A stretch of 64,000 nucleotides of DNA, taken from Macrostomum lignano (lineage: Eukaryota). The DNA is taken from the NCBI GenBank assembly GCA_002269645.1, contig NIVC01003844.1, positions 9,882 to 73,881 on the forward strand, given 5' to 3'. This document shows, one piece after another, positions 9,308 to 19,673 of the stretch (positions are counted from its first letter, which is position 1; every line of letters begins with the position of its first letter). The translations under genes were made by a program, and so were the position numbers. Below the pieces are notes generated by a model, which made no database searches, had not been told where the DNA came from, and saw only the letters and a program-made list of their open reading frames with translations.

Positions 9308-11270
9308 TAGTATATTCTTCAACGCTAATGTTGTTTCGTCTTCCTCGCCCAATTTTTCCAAGCCCCTGTGAAGACCGATTCTGCTGCTCTCTTTTTATTT
9401 TTTCGTAAATCCTATGCATTTCTGCAAAGGCTCTACGCCTTTTTTCCTTCTTTTTTGGCTTTTTTGATTTTTCGTTTTTTCATAATAGGTTTCTTGGTTC
9501 CAGGACCCGTAGGTAGTAATTTCTCGATTAGGTTACAGGTAGCTTCATTTCCCCTCTTCTAAGAGCTTGCAGATAACATTGCAATACTCACCAAGTTCCA
9601 CGCACTTATTTTTTCTAAGCCAGGCAATAATATGTTCATTATTGTCGCTACTAACACCTTTGGAATAACAGCTGTTCTTAGGAATAGTAGTCTGCTGATC
9701 TATGCCATTGTTTTCAAAACTTTCTTCTGAGTCTGAGCCCCAAATTTTGTTTTTAACTTCTTCTGGAATGTCATGCTTAGCGAAATCGGTATTTCCGTTC
9801 TTACTAGATGAACTAACAGCTTAAATCTGGCCACCTTCATGACCTACCAAGTCAAGCTCCGGCAGGTGGCCGGCGGACACCGGACCCAAATCCTGACCAG
9901 ACGCCAAGCTGCCAGTTACATCGTCGTTTTTGTATTGACTTTTTTTGGAATTTTCGGAATTTTTTGTTAAATTCGACTTATTTGAGTAGCCATCGACCTC
10001 ACCTGACTCAAAGATAGTGGGCATGGCACCCGGACCCTTAGGATTCGTATCCCGGCCACTGTCTATGGTCTCACCCCCTGCCTCTGTTGCTAGGTCTTCT
10101 TTTTTGTTGGTTTTCTGAGTTGTATTCGCTTTTTTTGTTTTCTTGGTTGGCTTCTGTCTTACTAGTTACTTTGTACTTCTCGCTAGGTCTTTTTCAGTCT
10201 TTTCTAGTCTTTTTTCAAATTGCTTCCTTCTAACCTTCCTCAGCTCATCGACACTACCTCTAACTCCTGTTACGACAGCTATCTGAACTTCTTCTAGAAT
10301 CTCATCATTCTCGCTAACTTTATTACGGGCTTCGTTTCTGAGTTTTTCCACAAGTAATTTGTAAGTCTTGGTTCTTTTAGCGCTCTTAATGCTGTCTAGA
10401 GTTCTCTCAGGTAATATTTTCGCTCTCATAACCACGTCGTTTACTGGTACGAAGTTAATATCAAATTTGGCTTCAAAACTAGCTAGTATGTATAATTCCT
10501 CATCAGACCATCTTTTTTTGGTGCCCGGTAGGGCCGAGCATTTTATAGAATGGTAGTAGTCAGGATGAGTCTGTCTTTGATGATTGCTAAGCCCCGCTCT
10601 AGTACTAAATTTGCCGTCACACTCACTGCAGGCATACCCACCACTGGCCTGACCTATCCCCCTGGAGTGACACCTATTTTGCCCATCAGCAGAGGCCGAC
10701 AGGTCTGTATCGTTATTTTTATTCGTAGCAATAGGATGTCACAGAAGACCCGGGCTGCTAACCCAGGCCCCCCGAATTAAACAGTGGAATTAAGCCGCAG
10801 CACCGAGGTACGTTTGAAGAATGAGGGAAGAAAAAAGGCGGAGAGGAAGAAGCTGAAAAGAGAGGATGAAGGGAGTGATGTGGACTAAGAAAGGTTGAGG
10901 AAGCCAGATTGAAGATGAGAGCAGGAGATGAAGCGGTGAGACAGAACAGAGGAAAGACACGTACCCCGGCACTCCGTTGCCCGACTCTCGCCTCGTGGAG
11001 GCATCAAGCACTGTCTGACAGGGATTAGCACTACGGCGTCACCAAGACGAGCCAGATCTGCTATCGTGCTTTTACCCTGCGATCATCAACATTCGAATCG
11101 AAACCCGGACCCGCCTAAGCGGAGACCAACTAGATGAAAGTATGTTAAAGTTCGAGCCGCACCCGACCATAGCGCGTACAGGCCCGATCCTGATCCGTGT
11201 TTCAATCCGAACGAAGTTCCCCCTACTCCAAGGGCGTACCTACAGAGCAAGGATCCCACCGGTGAGAATC
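9308..11270 (-). mobile_element. 5' half of an R2-family retrotransposon (one C2H2 zinc finger + Myb-like domain), frameshifted
   Basis: YACSECDGKFSTRAGLSNHQRQTHPDYYH (~10566-10630) then TKKRWSDEELYILASFEA..(fs)..ILPERTLDSIKSAKRTKTYKLLV, then RRAFAEMHRIYEK(fs)NKKRAAESVFTGAW: the R2 N-terminal architecture. 5' boundary uncertain. Confidence 0.82.
10781..11053 (-). ncRNA. Candidate HDV-like ribozyme in the R2 5' UTR
   Basis: Core GCC UCCACGA GGC GAGAGUC GGG CAAC (11002-10976) parallels HDV GCC UCCUCGCU GGC N7 GGG CAAC; long P4 arms 10959-10970 / 10801-10813; GGCUUAA at 10796-10790; P2 ACAGUG (11014-11009) / CACUGU (10786-10781). The P1 5' partner is ambiguous. Confidence 0.6.
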
Positions 11271-11720
11271 GAACCACCAGACCGAACCGGGTGCGGGGGG
11301 CCACCCAATCCGAAGGCAGAACAATCCTCACAATCATCCGCACTAGAAGCAAAGCTTTAGCCCGGAATCCTGATCAGTTATGTTTACCCTCTACCAGGTT
11401 TCCCCGGTAGTGGAGCCATTTTTCGAACTGGAGCTCCCCGGCATCCAGCCGCCATTACTGAACAGTCCTCCAGGCTTCGGCGAAGCTTCTGCCAAGCTTA
11501 AGTCTCAGGCCTCTTCTTCCGTGGGAAGTCTTCTTAGCTCTTAGTAGCGTAGGTAGTGCTGCCACCAGTTCCTTCAGGTCTCGGCCTTCGATGAGGTGAG
11601 CTTCCCGTCGGAACGAAATACACAAGTCAACAAACTCAACACGACGTGCAGACTTGCAGCTCAACGTAAAGGCGTCTCGTTAGCAGTACCTGCCGGGCTT
11701 GGTTGGTACAGGGAGGGCTG

Positions 11721-12461
11721 TGTTAGTCTCTCTTAGGCTAGGGTTGGCTTTAGTAGGGTCGCAGTCAGACCAATAGGAGAGAGCTCAGTGTATGCAAACA
11801 CTTAAAGAACAGTCGTTCAGTACAGACACTGGGAAACGCTGAAAACTAGGAACTCCTTGACGGAAACAAGGGGGAGAGGGGTCCTATTTATAGCGCGGGA
11901 TTCACCTCTAGCCCATTGCACAAGATCTCGTGACTCGTTCTATTTTGAGAACTAACGTCACTCAGGGCCTCCGGGCAGGGTCCCAATCCGCGCAAGACCT
12001 CGTGACTCGTTCTATTTTTAGACCTGACGTCACTTGGGGTCTTCGGGCAGAGTACGCGTGGCTGTGACTCAGTTGCTATTTTTAGCAACATGAATCACTC
12101 CTCTCCTTAGAGAAGGAAGGGGGCCGTAAGCACGTGACTCTCCAAGTAAACAGGACCAGCGAGTGCAATAACTTGTTTACTGCACTTTAGGACTCCAAGA
12201 ACGAGAGGCTTGTCATGTGACTGGCTCACATGACAGGGGAAACTGAGACTGACGAAATAAAGACAGCCCACAGCAGAGAAGCTGAGGGCTGAGAAACGAA
12301 GTGCAAAACGGACAGAAGGAGGGACAGGAGCAGCAACAGACAGCCAAAAGGAAGGAGGCGCGAAGCTGACCAGCGGCAGACAGCAACCCAGGGCGAGGGC
12401 GAGGGCAAGGGCAACTGCTGACAAAGTGCGACGCCTAACACTAAAATAGCGGATTACTACA
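11721..12461 (-). mobile_element. Solo LTR (741 bp, TG...CA) with 4-bp TSD, probably Gypsy-type
   Basis: Begins TGTTAGT, ends ACTACA; GCTG on both sides (11717-11720, 12462-12465); TATAAATA on the minus strand at 11885-11892; diverged partial second copy at 15080-15308. Orientation inferred from the TATA box. Confidence 0.72.
11885..12097 (-). promoter_or_regulatory. LTR U3 promoter: TATA box plus three repeated AP-1/CRE + MEF2-like cassettes
   Basis: TATAAATA (minus, 11892-11885); cassettes at ~11930-11962, 12002-12034, 12064-12097 containing TGACTC(A), CTATTTTTAG (12012-12021, 12076-12085) and TGACGTCA (12026-12033). Confidence 0.55.
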
Positions 12462-12465
12462 GCTG

Positions 12466-13620
12466 TATTGACTAGAAAAATTAAGTTGCGGCTGTAAGAA
12501 GCTCAGCTCTAATAAAAAAAGCAATTCTTTAAACACTTTTCAGGCGGGCCACTGCAGGCACCCTGAACCCCCTTCTATCCCATTTTCTAGTGTCTAGGTC
12601 GAAACTGTGCACTCCAGTGGCATCAGCTTTATTATACCAGCGCTTAGCTAGGCTCCAAATGCGCTCTTTGATCATAGGCATCTTAGTGATGTAGTGCAAA
12701 TAGCTAATTATTGTGTACGCTGGGGCATCAAGGGACACCCTGAGTGCCTTGTTCTGCATCAGCTGAAGCTTATTGAGCTGTACATCCGTGAGATATATCA
12801 GCACTGGAGCACCATAGACCATACAACTCTCTATGTACAATCTATAGATTAGTCTGAGCCCTAGCTGAGAGATTCCAGTCTTTGGCTAAGCTTTGAAGCG
12901 CGAACAATTTATTTTGAGCAGCATGCACGATTTTGGCCAGGTGTGGCTTAAAGGTGAGCTGTTTTTCGAGGATAATACCTAAGAAGGAGACGGAGTCATG
13001 GTAAGGGATGGACTGATTTCCAAGTAACAGGGGGGGGGCTTGTCAGGCCCAGTACGTTGGTTGCCCAGAGGCTTAAAGAACAAAATCGCTGTGCTCTTAT
13101 TGGGGTTGATAATAATCCCAACTTCGTCAAGCCAGACCTGAGCTTTCTTGAAGTAGGCGTTAAGAAGTTTAGCTGAGATTGAGGATGTCCTGGCGCTCGC
13201 CCAAACCGCCAGATCATCCGCATATTGACTAACATGTACCTTTCTATCAGCAGGCAGTGGAATATTGTTGACATATACCAGGAAGAGCAGCGGCGAGAAA
13301 ACTCCCCCCCCCTGTGGAACTCCAGCTGCCGGGGAGAAGCTCTCGCTAAGAGCCCCTCCAACCTGGACCTGCAGATCTCTATCGTCAAGATAGCTGGAAA
13401 CTGACCTCGTTAGGCAATGGGGTAGACCACTTTCAAGGAGATCTAACCGTAGCGAGTCATGCCAGACTCCATCGAAGGCACCTTCAACGTCAAAGAAGAC
13501 CCCAAGGGTGTACTGACTGAGTTGCAGCATCTTGAGGACGTCATCAGTAATCCTAACTATGTTATCGAAGGTGCAATCATCTTGTCTATATGCACATTGA
13601 TCTGGACTAATGATATTGCG
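12466..13620 (-). mobile_element. 5'-truncated Jockey/I-group LINE fragment (RT 3' half and C-terminus)
   Basis: FFDVEGAFDGVWHDSL, GVPQGG..SPLLFLVYVN, QYADDLAV, INPNKSTAILF; YIESCMVYGAPV..KLQLMQNKALR. Confidence 0.85.
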
Positions 13621-13652
13621 GTTAGGGTTAGGGTTAGGTTAATAGAGGCAAA

Positions 13653-14530
13653 CTAGCAATCAGCGCCCCCCGTTGGGGAGCCAAAAAAATGCAGTACAAG
13701 ATTTTTTAATAAACTACATGTAAGCGTCTCTTTGCATTATACCTTGTAAGCCTTGACATGTCAGAAAATCCCCCCACAAGCCTTAGCATATCAACCCCCT
13801 TGACATCTTAGCAATGCCCCATAAGCCTTGCAATCTTAAAAAATCTGTCAACCTTCTAACCCTAGCCCTAACCCTAAACCTAACCCTAACCCTAACCCTA
13901 AACCTAACCCTAAACCTAACCCTAATCCTAACCCCACCCTAATCCCTAATCCTAACCTTAATCCCTAATCCTAATGCTAACTCTCACCCAATCTCCTTCC
14001 GCCTCTGGTCCCCTGGTATCTTAATCTGTCTGGGTTAGGGATTAGGGTTAGTGTAAGGTAAGGTGAGGTTGGGTACTTGCTAATTGAAGCGACTGGGGCC
14101 CAGGTCCGCGGGAGATCCAGGGCACCACCAGGGAGGCTGGGGAAGGAGGAGGAGGAGGGGGAGGAGGCACTGGCCCCCGCCACAGCGTCCTCGGGTACTG
14201 GGGTCTCAACCCAGACCGGAACAGGGCGACGGGATCCATTGCACCCTAACCCTAACCATTGCACAAGATCTAGGTTAGGGTTAGGGTTAGGGTTAGGGTT
14301 AGGCTAGAATTAGAAAGTAGACAGATTTTTTAAGATTTCAAGGCTTTTAGGGGCATCGCTGAGATGTCAAGGGGGGAAGTTGATATGTTAAGGCTTGTGG
14401 GGGAAATTGCTGACATGTCAAGGCTTACAAGGGACTGCTGAGGTAAAATGCAAAGAGACGCTACATGTAGTTTATTAAAACAACTTGTACTGCATTTTTT
14501 GGCTCCCCAACGGGGGGCGCTGATTGCTAG
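13653..14530. mobile_element. Non-autonomous TIR element with ~250-bp imperfect TIRs enclosing (CCCTAA)n/(TTAGGG)n tracts
   Basis: CTAGCAATCAGCGCCCCCCGTTGGGGAGCC... at 13653 and its reverse complement ending at 14530; telomere-like hexamers at ~13858-13975 and ~14270-14302. No TSD identified; superfamily unassigned. Confidence 0.65.
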
Positions 14531-14588
14531 CTGATTGCTAGTCCTAAACCTGACAAACCAAAAGGTCAGGTGGACAGCTACCGTCCAA

Positions 14589-15080
14589 TTTGCCTCTATT
14601 AACCTAACCCTAACCCTAACCGCAATATCATTAGTCCAGATCAATGTGCATATAGACAAGATGATTGCACCTTCGATAACATAGTTAGGATTACTGATGA
14701 CGTCCTCAAGATGCTGCAACTCAGTCAGTACACCCTTGGGGTCTTCTTTGACGTTGAAGGTGCCTTCGATGGAGTCTGGCATGACTCGCTACGGTTAGAT
14801 CTCCTTGAAAGTGGTCTACCCCATTGCCTAACGAGGTCAGTTTCCAGCTATCTTGACGATAGAGATCTGCAGGTCCAGGTTGGAGGGGCTCTTAGCGAGA
14901 GCTTCTCCCCGGCAGCTGGAGTTCCACAGGGGGGGGGGAGTTTTCTCGCCGCTGCTCTTCCTGGTATATGTCAACAATATTCCACTGCCTGCTGATAGAA
15001 AGGTACATGTTAGTCAATATGCGGATGATCTGGCGGTTTGGGCGAGCTCCAGAACATCCTCAATCTCAGCTAAACTTCTT
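14589..15080 (+). repeat. Inverted near-identical duplicate of LINE RT segment 13162-13652
   Basis: Reverse complement of 13162-13652; by eye only one substitution and a G-run length difference; same peptide MLQLSQYTLGVFFDVEGAF. Confidence 0.9.
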
Positions 15081-15308
15081 GACAGGGGAAACCAAGACTG
15101 ACGGAACGAGGTCAGCCCACAGCAGAGAAGCTGGGGGCTGAGAAACGAAGGGCAAAGCGGGCAGAAGAAGGAAGGGAGCAGCAACAGACAGACAAAAGGG
15201 GACCGGACGGGACGCTGCCCAGCGGCAGACAGCAACCCAGGGCGCGGGCCAGGCAAGGGCGACTGCTGACAGAGTGGGACGCCTAACATCAACTAGCGGA
15301 TCACTACA
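15080..15308 (-). mobile_element. Partial diverged copy of the LTR (corresponds to 12231-12461)
   Basis: Shared TGACAGGGGAAAC...CAGCCCACAGCAGAGAAGCTG...CCAGCGGCAGACAGCAACCCAGGGCG...GACGCCTAACA...GCGGAT.ACTACA; visibly diverged. Confidence 0.8.
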
Positions 15309-15784
15309 ATAAACTCACTCTAATTTAATCCAGGTAAGCTATTGGCTGATTTTTTAACCCCCTCAATTCTCCTTCACACTGTACATAAAAGATTTTTTTA
15401 GTTTCTCAAAGCTTGTTGATAATAAACTGTTTACCAATCAAAAAGCTTTGCGAAATCAACAGCCAATCCGCGACAAGTGGGTGAATTAGAAAGATTTTTG
15501 ACCATTCTTTTCTCTGATTGGTCATCCATATCTGACTATTGATCTTTGCTTTGTACCCCCCCCCAATTAGTCCCAAATCATGCCATTGACATGATTCATC
15601 ACGAGTGCCAATTGGGTGTGTAGGTTAGGGTTGTCCGAGAATGCTTTGTAATAAAAGTTGAGTGCACTAGGTGAATTTTTTTCTTAACCACAACAGCTTC
15701 AATTATCAAACACTTATTTGTGACAAGTTAAGGATATAATTATTTTGTCCAGCTATATCATTCCAACAAACAAGCATTAGAGTC

Positions 15785-16370
15785 ATGCGATTGACAAGCC
15801 AAAAAAGCAAAGTGTGTATCGCTGCTCTGCTTCCGGGCCTGATGCACGCTGCTATCGTTGGTCTGGTAATGAGGCTGAGCAAAATCACGGACTTCGAAGG
15901 CAAAAGAGGACCAGCCCAAGTGTTCTCCTTCATCCTATGTGATGACACGGGCGAAATTCGAGTCAGCGTGTTTGGAAAGAATCTAAAGCCATTTTTGACC
16001 GTGTGTCAAGAGGGCGTCATCTTCTGCATATCTGGCGGCTATGTGAAGAAGGCTGATCCAAGCTACAGCACTACGGACAATGAGCACGAGATAACCGCTT
16101 CCACTGACTAACGTGGTACTATTAAGAGGACAGCCGAGACAGTCTGTCGAAGTCCACCGATCTATAAGAAGATTAAAGAGACTTCCGGCAGTGAAATGAA
16201 GACGTAAGTGTAATTTTCTACCGTAAAAACTTAGTTATTTAGATTTCCAGTCAGTGAATTTGCCTACTAAATTATCAGTTTAATTCTTTCTATTAACCTT
16301 ACCTCCCTTCGCACAACACATCACAGGAAATTTGACGTCTGTGGCACGATTGTGATGTTCAGAAACCACA
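15785..16370 (+). pseudogene. RPA70-like OB-fold ssDNA-binding protein, intron-containing, with nonsense codon and interrupted by a minisatellite
   Basis: KVCIAALLPG..IVGLVMRLSKITDFEGKRGPAQVFSFILCDDTGEIRVSVF resembles RPA70 DBD-A; reading through TAA (16109-16111) to a GTAAGT donor (16204) and CAG acceptor (16326) gives in-frame ..EMKTKFDVCGTIV (start of DBD-B). Confidence 0.7.
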
Positions 16371-17066
16371 GGACTCAGACCAGTTGGAATCTTCTGTCTC
16401 TGAATAGTCAGACTCTGACTCAGACCAGTTGGAGTCTTCTGTCTCTGAATAGTCAGACTCTGACTCAGACCAGTTGGAGTCTTCTGTCTCTGAATAGTCA
16501 GACTCTGAATCAGACCAGTTGGAGTCTTCTGTCTCTGATAGTCAGACTCTGACTCAGACCAGTTGGAGTCTTCTGTCTCTGATAGTCAGAATCTGACTCA
16601 AACCAGTTGGAGTCTTCTGTCTCTGAATAGTCAGACTCTGACTCAGACCAGTTGGACTCTGACTCAGACCAGTTGGTGTCTTGTCTCTGAATAGTCAGAC
16701 TCTGACTCAGACCAGTTGGTGTCTTGTCTGTGAATAGTCAGACTCTGACTCAGACCAGATGGTGTCTTGTCTGTGAATAGTCAGACTCTGACTCAGACCA
16801 GTTGGTGTCTTGTCTGTGAATAGTCAGACTCTGACTCAGACCAGTTGGTGTCTTGTCTGTGAATAGTCAGACTCTGACTCAGACCAGATGGTGTCTTGTC
16901 TGTGAATAGTCAGACTCTGACTCAGACCAGTTGGTGTCTTGTCTGTGAATAGTCAGACTCTGACTCAGACCAGATGATGTCTTGTCTGTGAATAGTCAGA
17001 CTCTGACTCAGACCAGATGGTGTCTTGTCTGTGAATAGTCAGACTCTGACTCAGACCAGTTGGAGT
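16370..17066. repeat. Minisatellite, 43-45-bp unit, ~16 copies
   Basis: ACTCTGACTCAGACCAGTTGG(A/T)GTCTT(CT)GTCT(C/G)TGAATAGTCAG tandem. Confidence 0.95.
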
Positions 17067-17337
17067 CTATCTGAATCAGTTCTTGGCTCTCGGATTGCTC
17101 CATGCAGAGCTTTCAGTTTTTTATCAGGAATCAAAACTGAAATAATGTTTCGAAAATAAAATTTTTGCATACAAAAATTAGCTAAATATTTAAACTAGAC
17201 TGTTGATGCTCATAATAGTGTAGCTGGAATCATACGTGCGTATTACTAAAAACTTTTTTATCACGTTAGTCGTGTCTTCAATAGCAAAACTCAAATTTAA
17301 TTTAAAAAGGAATCCGAAAATCAACATGTGGTTTTTT

Positions 17338-17371
17338 CGACGCGTTTCGCACACCAAGGTGCATCGTCAGG
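17338..17371 (-). ncRNA. Minimal hammerhead ribozyme core in the Penelope LTR
   Basis: CCTGACGA T GCAC CTTGGT GTGC GAAAC GC GTC G: CUGANGA core, 4-bp stem II, GAAA, palindromic ACGCGU stem III, GUC cleavage triplet; stem I weak. Confidence 0.7.
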
Positions 17372-18327
17372 TATATTGTTTGAAACGAAAGGTGTGAGTA
17401 AGCGAATTTATAAATTATTTGTCAATGAAACGTATGTAGCTGGTGAGTAAGTATTTTGTATGTACAGAGTAGTAGGAGGTTGATAGTCCGTAGGGCGGGG
17501 CGAAAGCCAATAGGCAGAAAACAAAATATAACTCAATGAGCACTGGTTACAACAAGGTCAGTGCTCTCTCACTCAGAATACACGGAAAACATGGCCTGCA
17601 CACTGTGTTGGAGTTGCGTATTAAGGGTGGGCGACTGGTTTTTTATTTACAAGGCTACTAAGATCTTGAGCTTGTGATCAGATGGGCATTGATCGATGAT
17701 TTTAAAGCGTTCTTCAGGTGTACAATTAGAGCAACTGTTACATTCCAAAAGGTGGGTTTGGATGGCCGACGGTTTGAGCCAGTGCTCCCTAGTTCTAGTG
17801 TGCAGGTGTCTTTTGGTCTTCCCCACGTAGGAGGGAGATCGGAGACGCTCTGATCAACAGAGCAGTTGAAACAGTAGACAACACCTGCACACAGATCACG
17901 GGGTACACGTGAATTTAACCGACCGACAAAACTGCAACTTTGGAAGAGCGGAAAATAATGCGAATTGGGCTGTTGAAAGAGTTGTGGAATAATTTGCAAA
18001 TCCTGTTTTTGAAGGTGAGAGAAGGATGGCTAAAGAAAGGGAGAATGAGGGTTGGTTCACTAAGGTAAATGTAGTCAGGTTTGGAAACTTTTAGTTGATT
18101 CATTCTTTCAGAAATTAATTGTGGATGTTGTGGTGGATGAAGGCAGAAGGGTAACCGTTTTGTTGGAGCATTTTGGTCAGGAATCTAATTTCTTGGTCAA
18201 AGTTGATCCAGGAGTTGCAGACAGTGTAGGCTCTGTGAAGCAAGCATCTTACTCACCAGCTACATACGTTTCATTGACAAATAATTTATAAATTCGCTTA
18301 CTCACACCTTTCGTTTCAAACAATATA

Positions 18328-18361
18328 CCTGACGATTAACCTTGGTGTGCGAAACGCGTCG
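18328..18361 (+). ncRNA. Second hammerhead copy in the inverted LTR, stem II mutated
   Basis: CCTGACGATTAACCTTGGTGTGCGAAACGCGTCG (TAAC replaces GCAC). Confidence 0.55.
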
Positions 18362-19673
18362 AAAAAACCACATGTTGATTTTCGGATTTCTTTTTATTTT
18401 ACTTGCCAAGCCACTTTACCAAATTTAATTTATTCATTTTTTCGTTTTAAAATAGGCATGCTTTACATATTTTATGCTATAATAAGTTGTTGAATAATGC
18501 AGCTCTAACTTTGAAACACCAAACATATTCTATTTAATAAAAAAAACTTTTTTCACTATTTTGTATTCCAATAATCAGTAGACACTTTTGTGCTTCAGCA
18601 CGCACATTAACAACCTTATTTAATTTTAATTATGTTGTGACCTTGTACTAAACCTTTGCAAACTTTCCGACTATTCAGTAAACATTTCATTCGAGAAATT
18701 TCCGCGCTAAAATATGATTCTAAATATAGTAACTTCAATTCCCGCGTGACTCTTTCTAGAAAATTCTTTCTTCCGGAGTGTTCCATGAAAAAGCTATAAA
18801 CATAAATCACCCGCAATCAAACGGTTGCAGTTCTTCGATCTATCTTGTAAACTTATCTTATTACCAATAATAATTAAGAACCACCGGCTTTCGCCTCGTT
18901 TATTTAAAACGTTACAATTATTTCAATTTACAATCGCAGCCTTATATAAATTTTACTGGTTAGGAATAAAATGTTAGGGTGCGTTCGGGTGGCTTAAAAT
19001 AAGTTAAAATGACTTAAAATGAGTTTAAGCGCCATTTTAACGTCCTCAGTAAAACAAAACAAATGACAAGATTTCATTTTAAAAAACCGGTAAGTATTCA
19101 TACACAATGTTTTAAGGGTTGTAAAAACCTAGTTTAAAATTTTAAATGGGTAGATAGTCAGTCTAAACCTGTTTTCTACATTATGAGACGGTAATTTATA
19201 ACAAATCGTTAAGTGAGAAATATTTGTCAATGCTGTTTCAGTAAATTGCTTTCTACTAGTGTTATTATTTTAGTGTGAATATTTATTATAACAGTAGTAA
19301 ATATCATTTTAAATTACTTTACTGATAGGTATAATCAAGTCTAGGAGCCTCTTCACGAAAATCGGTTCTAGAACCAGAATAAATTCAAGTTCTGGAACCC
19401 GAACCAGAGCAAAATGAGGAGCTTCGAACAAAAATAAAGGAATACAAACGAATATTTATTCTGTTACAGCATGATTTAATAATCATCATGCAGTCATTTA
19501 CTATTACTATTTTTTACCCAGGAATAGTATATAATACAGTGTTTTTGTTTTACTAGACAATCAAAATTTTTAACACGATATATTTGCAAGAAATAAGCAC
19601 CGCTGGCTTTTATGTACAGAGTCAGTCCACAGCGTATTATTCGGGGTGCATTTTTTACTTTTACTAACTTGAA

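Larger units (their letters stand above)
17311..18388 (-). mobile_element. 5'-truncated Penelope-like element (RT thumb + GIY-YIG, degraded) with inverted pseudo-LTR
   Basis: Minus-strand LHRAYTVCNSW..EIRFLTKMLQQNGYPSAFI; GVVYCFNC..(fs)SYVGKTKRHLHTRTREH..SAIQTHL..RFKII..PTLNTQ; inverted repeats 17311-17451 and 18248-18388. Confidence 0.88.

Noticed and set aside
11400-11418. tRNA-Asp-like primer-binding site TGGCTCCACTACCGGGGAA (minus)
   Set aside because: Imperfect match and ~300 bp away from the TSD-defined LTR end; no gag/pol follows.
13858-14302. True telomere or telomere-fusion site
   Set aside because: The hexamer tracts are short, degenerate and embedded in a TIR element.
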